Part shown: positions 1 through 9,496 of the stretch, piece by piece | How positions within the stretch are numbered: position 1 is the stretch's first letter | Layout: each line of letters starts with the position of its first letter | Translations under genes and position numbers: made by a program | Source of the DNA: an uncultured Clostridia bacterium | GTDB taxonomy: Bacteria; Bacillota; Clostridia; Christensenellales; UBA1242 | DNA length: 64,000 nt | NCBI GenBank assembly: GCA_947054085.1 | Contig: CAMRVD010000001.1 | Coordinates: 24,676-88,675, forward strand | Direction: 5' to 3' | The notes under the pieces: generated by a model | Seen by the model: the letters and a program-made list of their open reading frames with translations, nothing else | What the model was told of the DNA's origin: nothing | The model's database searches: none

Positions 1-411
1 AAATTCATCATTAGTAATTTCTGCATTTAGTTTGGGCACTTCTTTTTGGTTAGTAAAATTATCTACAGCATCAGTTTGTTGTGTTGTATCATTAGTTTGG
101 TTTAAAATGGCTGGATTTTGGTTTAATATGCAATTGTCATTTAAAACTGTACTATCTACCTTAGGTAGTTCTTGCTGAATTGTTTGAGGTTTTGATTGAG
201 CACTCTCTTTAGTATTTTGTAACTCGCCAGCTAGTTTAGAATATTCTTGTTCTAGGTAAACAATGCTACCTTGTGGATCTTTTATATAATCGCGTTCGTC
301 AATATCGTCAATTTCCCTTATTAAAAAGTGAGTTTCCGGTAAATTTAAAGTGAATATTTTAGAGCAGATTCTATTATACCTTTCTTGTAAATCTCTTGGT
401 AGTAGTGCCAT
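1..411 (-). CDS. hypothetical protein, 3' end cut by window edge (137 aa visible: MALLPRDLQERYNRICSKIFTLNLPETHFLIREIDDIDERDY...)
   Basis: ATG at 411-409 with GGAGG 7 nt upstream on the - strand. I checked triplets 1-411 and found no minus-strand stop. Absent from the ORF track because it runs off the window. No family recognised. Confidence 0.5.
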   Translation of the reverse strand, partial: MALLPRDLQERYNRICSKIFTLNLPETHFLIREIDDIDERDYIKDPQGSIVYLEQEYSKLAGELQNTKESAQSKPQTIQQELPKVDSTVLNDNCILNQNPAILNQTNDTTQQTDAVDNFTNQKEVPKLNAEITNDEF

Positions 412-532
412 AAGCCGTCCTCCATCTGTCTTTAGTGTAACACAAAAATAACTAAATTACAATACCAAATTTTAGTTTTGCGAAAAATACGTTGTAATAT
501 GTAGTTATTTTATATCAAACTAAATTAAATTA

Positions 533-1867
533 TTAAGTGTTAGTTAAGTTTTCTATTTTATTAACAGATTTTTGCAATTTATTTCGACTTGCGAATCTTG
601 CTATATTTTCTATTATAATATGTGCAAAACCGTTAAGAAGTATCGCATAATAACTAATACACCTAAATAGTATTAATGCCCATGCTATGTTATCCCCAAC
701 CGAATACATACCTACACCAAACAAAAATATAAAACATATTTCCATACTGCCAGTACCCCCCGGTAAAGGTAAGCATGTGCTTACCATTATACATAAGTAA
801 TACTGACACATTGTTACAAGCATGCAAACAATTACGTCTAACGAATTAGAAAACGCAAGGTCGCTAAACGCCATAACTACGCAAAACGGAATAAGCCCCA
901 TTGCTAAACATTCTATAACACTAAGCAAAATAGTAACAAAAAGTGTTCCTTTATTTTTATTAAGATACTTTATGGAACTTTGATATTCCTTAACTTGAGT
1001 AAGCATTTTATCAAAAGTTTTACGATAATTTTTTACAATATGCAATTTGTAGCCTAAGCGGACTATCCATTGTACAAAAGATCTACCAATAAGCTTACCA
1101 TTGCCAATAATAAAGTATAAAAAACATGATATAACAATAACAATCAGTCCGATTGCCCCAAGGATTCTAATTATTGCCATTAAAAAAGTTTGAAGTCCGC
1201 CACTTATAGGTATAAGAGGCACTGCAAAAAAATACAAAAGAACACAAGTTATAGTAAAAACAAAGTTATAAACTATAAGCTTAATAATAGGAACACTGGT
1301 AGAAAGACCTGCACTAAGTCCGCTTTTAGTAAGTCTAATAATTTGCGATGGCTGACCTCCTATTTGAGTGGGAGTAATTGCATCGTAGTATTTACCGACA
1401 CTAGCTAAGCGATAACTTAAAAAGAACTTACGTTTACCCGTTGTCTTTTTAATAAGTGCATAAAAGAAAAATGTTTCGCACAAAAAGAATAAAATAAGTA
1501 ATCCAAAGCCACCAGCAAGCCACCAAAGTCTATTACCTTGAGTTGCAGCAACATCCACAAAACTTCCTGTTGCAGAGTCTAGCAAATTCTTTACTATAAA
1601 CATCATTAAAACTATGTTTATTGCTAAAAATATAAGGTTTGTTATAATGCGTTTTTTCTTTTTTGGCTTTTCTTGCGACTCCACCGCCTCGCTCATAAGC
1701 TTATGGACGGTTTCAGTTTCTAGTATAGTTTCGCCAATAATATCATCTATTGTAATTTGGTTAGGATCTATTTGTGGCTCTGCAATAACTTCTTTATTTT
1801 TTTGCTCAACAAAAACCGGAGGCTCTACCCCATCCATGATTATTTGTTCACTCTTCTTTTTAGCCAT
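533..1867 (-). CDS. flippase-like / lysyl-PG-synthase-TM-type (UPF0104, YbhN-like) integral membrane protein
   Basis: Multi-pass membrane ORF with ...YYDAITPTQIGGQPSQI... and C-terminal PLPGGTGSMEI motifs typical of this family. About 90-aa hydrophilic N-terminus. ATG at 1867 preferred over the TTG at 1873; no clear SD. Confidence 0.7.
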   Translation of the reverse strand: MAKKKSEQIIMDGVEPPVFVEQKNKEVIAEPQIDPNQITIDDIIGETILETETVHKLMSEAVESQEKPKKKKRIITNLIFLAINIVLMMFIVKNLLDSATGSFVDVAATQGNRLWWLAGGFGLLILFFLCETFFFYALIKKTTGKRKFFLSYRLASVGKYYDAITPTQIGGQPSQIIRLTKSGLSAGLSTSVPIIKLIVYNFVFTITCVLLYFFAVPLIPISGGLQTFLMAIIRILGAIGLIVIVISCFLYFIIGNGKLIGRSFVQWIVRLGYKLHIVKNYRKTFDKMLTQVKEYQSSIKYLNKNKGTLFVTILLSVIECLAMGLIPFCVVMAFSDLAFSNSLDVIVCMLVTMCQYYLCIMVSTCLPLPGGTGSMEICFIFLFGVGMYSVGDNIAWALILFRCISYYAILLNGFAHIIIENIARFASRNKLQKSVNKIENLTNT

Positions 1868-2100
1868 TATCAAAAGTATACCATATAAAAAATATATTTG
1901 TAAAGTTTAAAAGTGCGTAGTTTAAACATACAAACCAATATTTATAAATATTATTAAAACTTAATTGTCAAAATATATTATGGATTTTATTATTTTGGCA
2001 TCGAATATGCAAGTTAAATTATAGTGACTGATTTTGCAACATTATAAGCTATCGCATCTAATATTTATACAAAAATAACAATCTTTAATTATACTATCTA

Positions 2101-2132
2101 AAATAAAAAGACCTGCTAAAACATGCAGGTCT
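2101..2132 (-). terminator. intrinsic terminator after lipoprotein gene
   Basis: AGACCTGC/GCAGGTCT stem followed on the - strand by TTTTTATTTT. Confidence 0.7.
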
Positions 2133-2151
2133 GTTTATAATAAAACAAAAA

Positions 2152-3030
2152 CTATTCCGCAGCGATACTAGACAATATTAATTTAACACTACTAATACCT
2201 TTATTGATTACATAAATGCTGTAATCTTGAACCATAGATTTACCAACAGTTAGATTATTAAATTGTGTTTTTGTAAGAGGGTACACGCCATAATAATCAC
2301 TACCATCTATTTGGTCTACACCAGTTAAGCCATAACTGTTTAGTTTTCCATCAAATACTTTGCGAGTAACCATAAAGTCATTTGTATCTAAACCTTGTAT
2401 GTTTATACCAAGCATAGTGTACGGGTTACTAACGCCAACATTATATCCGTTTTCCGAAACAGTTATTGTCGAACCTTGTTTACCCACAACCCCTGTAGCA
2501 TTTATTGTGTTGTTATATTCTGTTAAATTAAGCGAAAATTCTTTGTCGTTAAGCTTAATTTTTGTATTAGCCAAAGTTTCAAAGGCCACTATTGGTGCTG
2601 CTACATAAAGTTTGCTATCTTTAACATAGTATGCTTTATCTACAATTTTATTGTTTAGCCCAATAGAAACTGCAACATTTTGATCTTTAGTAAAACTTAC
2701 ATCTTTAAAAGTTAATTTTATAATTTCAGGTGCATTGCTAAGTGTACCAAGTTGAACATAGTAGCCCAGTTCTTCGCCAAGTTTTTGATTAACTTCGGCT
2801 AGAGTAAATGTTGTTTTTCTTTCTTCTTGCCAGCCTGTTCCTAGTTCTGCATTGTTATAAACCTTAGTTTTTAAACTGTTTATAACATTATCTGCATCCG
2901 CTTTAATTTGATTGTTTGCCATAAAAGTAAATTCGTTACTTGGTTTATCTTTGCAACCAACAAAACTTATAGATAGCACTGCTAAAATTGTAAGTGGAAT
3001 TGCAAGTAAAAAACTTTTAAACTTCTTCAT
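2152..3030 (-). CDS. putative lipoprotein, unknown function
   Basis: Signal peptide ending in lipobox-like SFVGC (MKKFKSFLLAIPLTILAVLSISFVGCKDK). SD AAGGAG-like (AAAAAGGAGAATAATC) before the ATG. Confidence 0.7.
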   Translation of the reverse strand: MKKFKSFLLAIPLTILAVLSISFVGCKDKPSNEFTFMANNQIKADADNVINSLKTKVYNNAELGTGWQEERKTTFTLAEVNQKLGEELGYYVQLGTLSNAPEIIKLTFKDVSFTKDQNVAVSIGLNNKIVDKAYYVKDSKLYVAAPIVAFETLANTKIKLNDKEFSLNLTEYNNTINATGVVGKQGSTITVSENGYNVGVSNPYTMLGINIQGLDTNDFMVTRKVFDGKLNSYGLTGVDQIDGSDYYGVYPLTKTQFNNLTVGKSMVQDYSIYVINKGISSVKLILSSIAAE

Positions 3031-3057
3031 GATTATTCTCCTTTTTATCTTATATTT

Positions 3058-3132
3058 CTTACTTTTGTAAGATATATCTACATAATACTCTTACTAATGT
3101 AAGATGTCAAGTATTTTTATTACAATTGTAAG
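3058..3132. promoter_or_regulatory. three operator-like inverted repeats (C)TTAC-N4-GTAAGAT
   Basis: CTTACTTTTGTAAG 3058-3071, CTTACTAATGTAAG 3090-3103, TTACAATTGTAAG 3120-3132. They are spaced about 30 bp apart in the divergent lipoprotein/XRE intergenic region. Confidence 0.6.
3082..3110 (-). promoter_or_regulatory. sigma-A type promoter of the lipoprotein gene
   Basis: - strand TTGACA (3110-3105), 17 nt, TATTAT (3087-3082). The middle operator repeat lies in the spacer. Confidence 0.6.
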
Positions 3133-3145
3133 ATAATATAATTGT

Positions 3146-3352
3146 ATGGAAAATAATTTTAAAGAAAATTTAAAAACCCTAAGATTAGAACGCGGCATCG
3201 GTCAAGTAGAACTAGCAAATGCTCTTATGGTAAGTAAGGGAGTAATTAGTTTGTGGGAAAACGGGCTTCGAGAACCCGGTATGTCGTCGCTGATTGCTAT
3301 TGCCAAATACTTTGGAGTATCTATAGACTACCTAGTTGGGCTAGAAAAATAA
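3146..3352 (+). CDS. XRE/Cro-family helix-turn-helix transcriptional regulator (68 aa)
   Basis: LKTLRLERGIGQVELANALMVSKGVISLWENGLREPGMSSLIAIAKYFGVSIDYLVG is a textbook HTH_3 domain. No SD before the ATG, so possibly leaderless. Confidence 0.88.
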   Translation: MENNFKENLKTLRLERGIGQVELANALMVSKGVISLWENGLREPGMSSLIAIAKYFGVSIDYLVGLEK

Positions 3353-3371
3353 ATTGCATTTTTTTGCTAAC

Positions 3372-3398
3372 AAAAACACATCGCGAGGATGTGTTTTT
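3372..3398. terminator. bidirectional intrinsic terminator
   Basis: AAAAACACATC-GCGAG-GATGTGTTTTT between the convergent XRE gene and the 3415..4086 ORF. Confidence 0.75.
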
Positions 3399-3414
3399 GT
3401 TTATATATTTATTT

Positions 3415-4086
3415 TTATTCTTTATGATAGATTGCATTTGCAGAACTATGTATTAACGTAGCAGTTTTTATTTCTGCATTCCTCTCTAATTGTATTATTC
3501 TTCGCTGAATTTCTTTTTGTTTTAATATGTCGTCGCTAGAAAGTTTATCAAGCTTTTCAGATTCGGCTTTTACCATTATTTCTGTTATTTTTGTAAAAAT
3601 GCGAAGGTAATCATCGTTGTATTTAACTAAAAAGTCACAATAATTTTTAACACTACCTATAAAATAATCCTGCAAATTTGTTGTATAATTTAAAATTTCG
3701 TTATCATCATCGCTAGTATAATCTAAAATTTCGTTATTATCATCGCGTTCTACTTTGGTTACCATTTTGCAGTTAGTTTCGTTTACATCAAAAATTTTTA
3801 TGTGGTGCTTATTATTTAAGTTAAAATCATATTTTATCTGCAAATAATTAGGATAATAGTAACCATCTGGCGAATACGCGTTTAATGCTTCGCACAATTT
3901 ATATTTATTTTCACAACCTAAAATATCAAAATTATAAAAATTGTACTTATTACTAGTTTTGTTATAAAAACCTACTTTTGCAGTTACAGACTCGTTAGGT
4001 TTTAAATTTTCTAAATCTATATCTAAAATATCTTTTAAAAATAATTTTAAATCTTTTATTGTTACATTACTCTTCACGTTGCACAA
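3415..4086 (-). CDS. hypothetical protein (paralog of 4097..4717)
   Basis: Long ORF, co-oriented with and 10 nt downstream of its paralog. N-termini align (SNVTIKDLKLFLKDI vs SNIKIKAVKNFICDV). Start uncertain (TTG 4086 or GTG 4077). Internal repeat DDNNEILDYTS/DDDNEILNYTT. Confidence 0.6.
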   Translation of the reverse strand: MCNVKSNVTIKDLKLFLKDILDIDLENLKPNESVTAKVGFYNKTSNKYNFYNFDILGCENKYKLCEALNAYSPDGYYYPNYLQIKYDFNLNNKHHIKIFDVNETNCKMVTKVERDDNNEILDYTSDDDNEILNYTTNLQDYFIGSVKNYCDFLVKYNDDYLRIFTKITEIMVKAESEKLDKLSSDDILKQKEIQRRIIQLERNAEIKTATLIHSSANAIYHKE

Positions 4087-4096
4087 ACTCCCTGTA

Positions 4097-4717
4097 TTAT
4101 TCTTCGCCGGGCTGACTATTTTTTTGTAAAAATGCTTCTGCCGCCTTTGTAGACTTTTCTATTTTTTTAGAAGTTATTTTTAACAAACTTTTAACATGTT
4201 CTATATTGCTTCTATAATTTTCTATTTCGGATTCTGTTTTATTATAAAAATACCTATGTTCCTGCTCATTATCTTCTATAAGCGCTTTTGCGTAACCACT
4301 ATCCTGCTCCATAAAATACTTTTGCATTTTTTCGGATAAATTTTCCGCATGCATAGCAACTTGGTCAAAATATCTTCTACCATGAGCATCATCATAAAAT
4401 TCTACTTCTTCGTAACGATAACTACAATATTTTTGATCAAGAACCAATCTTTTTTCTAGTGTTATATTATCATACCCACTATATCTATATATACATTCTA
4501 TTTGCATAGGATGGTCAAACCTTAAATCACCGTTGCTTCCTATTAAGTCTCCCAAAGTTTTACTGTCTTTAAGTTCTAACTCTTCAAATTCGTATCCGCC
4601 ATCATAATAATTGTATTTTGACAAATAAACTTCTGCTTTTTTTAGTTCTTCCTTAGAAATACCAAAAACATCACAAATAAAATTTTTAACTGCCTTTATT
4701 TTTATATTAGATTCCAC
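4097..4717 (-). CDS. hypothetical protein (paralog of 3415..4086)
   Basis: GTG start at 4717 with GGAGGG SD. Consensus promoter directly upstream. No family recognised. Confidence 0.6.
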   Translation of the reverse strand: MESNIKIKAVKNFICDVFGISKEELKKAEVYLSKYNYYDGGYEFEELELKDSKTLGDLIGSNGDLRFDHPMQIECIYRYSGYDNITLEKRLVLDQKYCSYRYEEVEFYDDAHGRRYFDQVAMHAENLSEKMQKYFMEQDSGYAKALIEDNEQEHRYFYNKTESEIENYRSNIEHVKSLLKITSKKIEKSTKAAEAFLQKNSQPGEE

Positions 4718-4746
4718 TTTTTAACCCTCCAAGTTTACTTAATAAA

Positions 4747-4775
4747 AGTATACCCCACCATTGTTAATCTGTCAA
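4747..4775 (-). promoter_or_regulatory. near-consensus sigma-A promoter for the 4717..3415 gene pair
   Basis: - strand TTGACA (4775-4770), 17 nt, TATACT (4752-4747), about 30 nt before the GTG start. Confidence 0.7.
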
Positions 4776-4882
4776 CCCCCAACTTTGTAGAAAATTTTAA
4801 TAAAATACAAACAAAAAGATTGGTAATTAAATAATAGATCAAACTAAATCCCTCAGTCTCGTCACAACTCTTGCAATGTTTC

Positions 4883-4964
4883 TCGCAATTTAAAAACTTG
4901 CTCCTCATTAGCAAGGTTGCTCCTCTCCCCACAAAGTGATACTTTGCGGGGACCCCGTAAATAC
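4883..4964 (+). repeat. X-family repeat, copy 1
   Basis: TCGCAATTTAAAAACTTGCTC ... CTCCTCTCCCCA - hairpin (CCCCACAAAGT/ACTTTGCGGGG) - GGGGACCCCGTAAATAC. Homologous to 9174-9260. Confidence 0.6.
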
Positions 4965-5205
4965 TTGCCAACTCCACTTGCAGGGGAGCCACTAGTTACG
5001 CTAAACAAATTGTTACAAAAAAAGGAAACATGGTGTCTCCTTTTATATAATTATTAAAACAACTTTTATCTTTACCAAAAGCTTTTAACGACAAGAATTA
5101 GATGAAATATAAAGAAATAAACCCCTCAGTCAGCCTCTGGCCGCCAGCTCCCCTTGTGTAAATTGCAATTTTTTTATCACCAGCTCTAAATTGGGGGAGC
5201 CCTTG

Positions 5206-5251
5206 GCAGACGAGGATTTTACTAAGCGTAAATGACGATGTCTGCTTTTTT
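5206..5251 (+). repeat. short copy (A) of the palindromic element: stem + conserved apex + T6
   Basis: GCAGAC-GAG-GATTTTACTAAGCGTAAATGAC-GAT-GTCTGC-TTTTTT. Confidence 0.7.
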
Positions 5252-5299
5252 AGATTTTCTACAACTAGTTATTTTTAATGTAAATAATATTCAAACTCC

Positions 5300-5427
5300 T
5301 TTTAACGGCATAATTTTAGATTAGACGAGAGCATAATAAAACCCCACGATGCGATTTTACTTTGCGTAAATGAGCAGTGTGGGGTTTTATGTATAAACGA
5401 AGTATAACTAAAATTATGCCGTTAAAA
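5300..5427 (+). repeat. full-length 128-nt palindromic element (B), also the tuf terminator
   Basis: 19-bp perfect outer stem 5300-5318/5409-5427. Inner stem AAAACCCCAC/GTGGGGTTTT. Apex GATTTTACTTTGCGTAAATGAG. The right arm ends 1 nt from the tuf stop codon (5429-5431). Confidence 0.8.
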
Positions 5428-5428
5428 A

Positions 5429-6646
5429 CTATTTAATAATTTTAGAAACAACACCAGAACCAACAGTTCTGCCACCTTCACGAATAGCGAAGCGAAGTCC
5501 TTCTTCGATAGCAACAGGAGTAATTAGTTTAACTGTCATGCTTGTGTTATCGCCAGGCATAACCATCTCGGTACCTGCAGGTAGTTCGATAGAACCAGTA
5601 ACGTCTGTGGTACGGAAATAGAATTGTGGACGATAGTTGTTGAAGAATGGAGTATGACGACCACCTTCGTCTTTGGTTAGAACGTATACTTCTGCGTTAA
5701 ACTCGGTATGTGGATGTATAGAACCTGGTTTGCAAAGTACTTGACCACGTTCTACATCGGTTCTTTGGATACCACGTAGTAGTACACCAACGTTGTAACC
5801 AGCAACAGCTTCGTCAAGAAGTTTACGGAACATTTCGATACCGGTAACAACTGTAGATTGTTTAGCTTCTTTTAGACCTACGATTTCTACAGTGTCGTTA
5901 AGTTTAAGAACACCACGTTCTACACGACCAGTAACAACTGTACCACGGCCAGTGATTGTAAATACGTCTTCGATAGGCATTAGGAATGGTTTGTCGTTAT
6001 CACGAGCAGGAGTAGGAATGTAAGCGTCTACTGCGTCCATAAGTTCGCGAATAGCTTTTACATTGTCTGAATCCCATTTGCCAGCTTTAGCATCTTCTAG
6101 AGCTTGGAAAGCTGAACCACGGATAATAGGAGTGTTATCTCCGTCGAAACCGTAGTTAGAAAGAAGTTCTCTAACTTCCATGTCTACAAGGTCTGCAAGT
6201 TCTAAATCTGAGCCTAGTTGGTCCATTTTGTTCATAAATACAACAATTTTTGGAACACCAACCTGACGAGCAAGTAGAATGTGCTCTCTTGTTTGAGGCA
6301 TAACACCGTCGGTAGCAGCAACTACAAGGATAGCGCCATCCATCTGAGCAGCACCGGTGATCATGTTTTTAACATAGTCAGCGTGTCCTGGGCAGTCTAC
6401 GTGAGCGTAGTGACGATTTGCAGTTTGGTACTCGATATGAGCGGTATTAATTGTTATACCTCTTGCTTTTTCTTCTGGTGCTGAGTCTATTTGATCGTAG
6501 TCTTTAATTTCTTTGTTACCTGGGTCGTAGTCGTGTCCCATTATAAAAGAAATAGCAGCACTTAAAGTTGTTTTACCATGGTCAACGTGGCCGATTGTAC
6601 CAACGTTAACGTGTGGTTTTGAGTTGTCAAATTTTTGTTTTGCCAT
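5429..6646 (-). CDS. tuf: translation elongation factor Tu
   Basis: [22 protein letters not shown] and the whole-length EF-Tu sequence are unmistakable. 405 aa. Confidence 0.98.
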   Translation of the reverse strand: MAKQKFDNSKPHVNVGTIGHVDHGKTTLSAAISFIMGHDYDPGNKEIKDYDQIDSAPEEKARGITINTAHIEYQTANRHYAHVDCPGHADYVKNMITGAAQMDGAILVVAATDGVMPQTREHILLARQVGVPKIVVFMNKMDQLGSDLELADLVDMEVRELLSNYGFDGDNTPIIRGSAFQALEDAKAGKWDSDNVKAIRELMDAVDAYIPTPARDNDKPFLMPIEDVFTITGRGTVVTGRVERGVLKLNDTVEIVGLKEAKQSTVVTGIEMFRKLLDEAVAGYNVGVLLRGIQRTDVERGQVLCKPGSIHPHTEFNAEVYVLTKDEGGRHTPFFNNYRPQFYFRTTDVTGSIELPAGTEMVMPGDNTSMTVKLITPVAIEEGLRFAIREGGRTVGSGVVSKIIK

Positions 6647-6681
6647 TGTTTGTTTTCTCCTTATTTTTTTGTGATTTATTT

Positions 6682-8760
6682 TTATGCTTTTTTAGCATTC
6701 TCACCAATTATTTTTTCTGCAACATTGCGTGGAACTTCGGCGTAGTGGCTTGGTTCCATAGTGTAGTTACCACGGCCTTGAGTGTTGCTTCTAAGGTCAG
6801 ATACGTATCCGAACATTTCGCTCATTGGAACTTCGGCACGTATAGTTTGTACACCATTTTTTAGGCTTGTTCCGGTAACACTACCACGGCGTTTAGATAC
6901 ATCGCCCATAACATCACCAAGATATTGATCCGGTACTTCTATTTCTACACTCATGATAGGTTCAAGAATTACTGGGTCGCCCTTTTTCATGCCATCCTTA
7001 AATGCCATACTTGCAGCAATCTTAAACGCCATTTCGCTAGAGTCTACTTCGTGGTAGCTTCCGTCGTATACAGTTGCTTTAAAGTCTACAGTTTCGTATC
7101 CAGCAAGCACACCGCTCATTTTGGCTTCTTGTATACCTTTGTCTACTGCAGGAATATATTCTTTAGGAATAGATCCACCAACAGTTTCGTCTACAAATTG
7201 GTAGCCGCTACCAGGTTCTAGTGGCTCAAAGCGTACTACGCAATGACCGTATTGACCTTTACCACCACTTTGACGAATGTATTTGCCTTCTACCGAAACT
7301 GCTTTTTTAATGGTTTCGCGGTAAGCAACCTGAGGCGCACCTACGTTACATTCTACCTTATATTCCCTTCTCATGCGGTCTACAATAATGTCTAAGTGAA
7401 GTTCGCCCATACCCTCTATAATAGTTTGACCAGTTTCTTGGTCGGTATGGCGTCTAAACGAAGGATCTTCTTCGGATAGTTTTTTAAGAGCATTAGCCAT
7501 TTTTTCTTGGTCAGCCTTAGTTTTTGGCTCTACCGCTAGGCTAATAACTGGCTCAGGAAATTCCATTGGGTCTAGTATAATAGGTTTACTTTCGTCGCAA
7601 AGGGTTTCGCCAGTGGTTGTGTCTTTTAACCCAACTAGGGCAACAATGTCGCCTGCATATGCTTCGGTTTCCTCTGTTCGGCTATTTGCGTGCATCCTTA
7701 CTAAGCGGCCGATACGCTCTTTAGTCCCCTTGTTAGAGTTATATACATAGCTACCCGATGTTAATTTACCCGAATATATTCTAAAGAATGTAAGGGTACC
7801 AAATTGGTCTTTAGCTATCTTAAATGCTAAGCCGCTAAGAGGTTCGTCGTCGCTAGCTTTACGAATAATTTTAGCTTCGGTTTTAGGATCAATGCCTTCT
7901 ACTGGAGGTATATCTATTGGGCTTGGGAAGTAATCTACAACTGCATCTAGTAGTAACTGTGTACCTTTGTTGCGGTAACTTGATCCGCAAAGCACTGGAG
8001 TTATTTGCAATGCTATTGTTCCTTTGCGGATTGCCTTTTTAATTTCGGCAACTGTAAGTTCTTCACCGTTAAAGTATTTTTCTAATAATTCGTCGTCTAG
8101 TTCGGCAACTGCTTCTATAAGAGCAGCTCTGTATTTTTCGGCTTCGGCTTTAAGGTCGGCTGGTATTTCGGTAACTTCTATTTGTTTACCTTCGTCGTCC
8201 TTATAAATTTCTGCCTTCATTTCTACAAGGTCTACAATACCTTTAAAGTTGTCTTCCTTACCAATAGGAATTTGAAGTGGTACTGCATTTGCACCAAGTT
8301 GTTCCCTCATGGCATTTACTGCTGCAAAAAAGTCTGCACCTAGTATATCCATTTTGTTTACGTAAGCAATACGAGGAACATGATACTTATCTGCCTGTTT
8401 CCAAACCTTTATAGATTGCGCTTGAACGCCTTCTTTAGCAGTAAATAGCTCTATTGCACCATCTAGGACTTTTAAGCTACGCTCTACTTCGATAGTAAAG
8501 TCTACGTGTCCTGGGGTGTCGATAATATTAATTTTATGATTTTTCCACATACAAGTGGTGGCAGCAGAAGTTATAGTTATACCACGCTCCTGCTCTTGGG
8601 CCATCCAGTCCATGGTAGCTTGACCATCATGAACTTCACCAAGTTTGTGAGATTTACCAGTATAATACAAAATACGCTCGGTGGTGGTGGTTTTACCAGC
8701 ATCGATGTGTGCCATTATACCAATGTTTCTGATTTTTTCTAATGCAAAATCTCTGGCCAT
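6682..8760 (-). CDS. fusA: translation elongation factor G
   Basis: [28 protein letters not shown]...; ATG at 8760 with AGGAGA SD. The 17-codon extension to 8811 in the ORF track is rejected. Confidence 0.97.
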   Translation of the reverse strand: MARDFALEKIRNIGIMAHIDAGKTTTTERILYYTGKSHKLGEVHDGQATMDWMAQEQERGITITSAATTCMWKNHKINIIDTPGHVDFTIEVERSLKVLDGAIELFTAKEGVQAQSIKVWKQADKYHVPRIAYVNKMDILGADFFAAVNAMREQLGANAVPLQIPIGKEDNFKGIVDLVEMKAEIYKDDEGKQIEVTEIPADLKAEAEKYRAALIEAVAELDDELLEKYFNGEELTVAEIKKAIRKGTIALQITPVLCGSSYRNKGTQLLLDAVVDYFPSPIDIPPVEGIDPKTEAKIIRKASDDEPLSGLAFKIAKDQFGTLTFFRIYSGKLTSGSYVYNSNKGTKERIGRLVRMHANSRTEETEAYAGDIVALVGLKDTTTGETLCDESKPIILDPMEFPEPVISLAVEPKTKADQEKMANALKKLSEEDPSFRRHTDQETGQTIIEGMGELHLDIIVDRMRREYKVECNVGAPQVAYRETIKKAVSVEGKYIRQSGGKGQYGHCVVRFEPLEPGSGYQFVDETVGGSIPKEYIPAVDKGIQEAKMSGVLAGYETVDFKATVYDGSYHEVDSSEMAFKIAASMAFKDGMKKGDPVILEPIMSVEIEVPDQYLGDVMGDVSKRRGSVTGTSLKNGVQTIRAEVPMSEMFGYVSDLRSNTQGRGNYTMEPSHYAEVPRNVAEKIIGENAKKA

Positions 8761-8897
8761 ATAAATAATGATTCTCCTGTAAATTAGGTAAAATGGGCAA
8801 AACTCCCCCATTAACCTATAAGATATTATAATTTATTTGTAAAAAAATGCCAACTATTTTTAAACACTTTTTTATAATTTTTACATGTTTTTAGGCT

Positions 8898-8925
8898 ATT
8901 ATACCAAAAAATATGATATTTGCAA
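8898..8925 (-). promoter_or_regulatory. sigma-A promoter for fusA-tuf (extended -10)
   Basis: - strand TTGCAA (8925-8920), 16 nt ending in TGG, TATAAT (8903-8898). Confidence 0.6.
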
Positions 8926-9173
8926 CGTATATGCGTTGTAATTTACCCAAAACTTAAAATTAAACAGACCATAATGTCTGTTTAATTATTTTTTGTTATT
9001 TAAAAATATGTATTTTATTGCTAATTAATAATAATTTTCGCTTTAAGCGGTTGTAAGTTTTATAGCATATTTTTTGCAAAAATCTTACACCTAACACATA
9101 AAATTAACTATAAATGTAACATATTTTAGGGTGAAATTAGATGCTAGACTTCGTCGTAACTTTGCTTTATTTA

Positions 9174-9260
9174 TCGCAAATTTTAATTTGCTCTTTTTTT
9201 TGCAATGATACTCCTCTCCCCATACAGTTTATTCTAAACTTATGGGGCCCCGTATTTACA
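9174..9260 (+). repeat. X-family repeat, copy 2
   Basis: TCGCAAATTTTAATTTGCTC ... CTCCTCTCCCCA - hairpin (CCCCATA..AGTTT/AAACT..TATGGGG) - GGGGCCCCGTATTTAC. It abuts element copy C. Confidence 0.6.
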
Positions 9261-9295
9261 GATAGGAGCTTGACGATTGCGTAAGTGACTATTAG
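9261..9295 (+). repeat. short, degenerate copy (C) of the element apex
   Basis: GATAGGAGCTTGACGATTGCGTAAGTGACTATTAG. Its ATAGGAGCTT..GCGTAAGTGACTA matches copy G. Confidence 0.55.
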
Positions 9296-9404
9296 TACAA
9301 GGCAAGCATCTGCAGTATAGCACTAATTAATACTCTAAAATCATTTTAGCGTTATGATCCTTAGCAAGTCGGCAAAAATTAGAATTTTACTAAGGCTCGC
9401 CATG

Positions 9405-9452
9405 TTTGATCTCCCGCGATTTTACTAAAGCGTAAATGAGCGGGCGTCAAGC
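9405..9452 (+). repeat. short copy (D) of the palindromic element
   Basis: TTTGATCTCCCGC-GATTTTACTAAAGCGTAAATGA-GCGGGCGTCAAGC. Confidence 0.65.
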
Positions 9453-9496
9453 TTGGCAGTATATTTGCTGTAAGTTTAATTCTAACACAGCAACCA

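Noticed and set aside
4735-4992. 85-aa ORF on the - strand downstream of tuf
   Set aside because: It runs through X-family repeat 1 and through the consensus promoter and SD of the 4717 gene. The second X copy has no equivalent ORF. Most likely non-coding.
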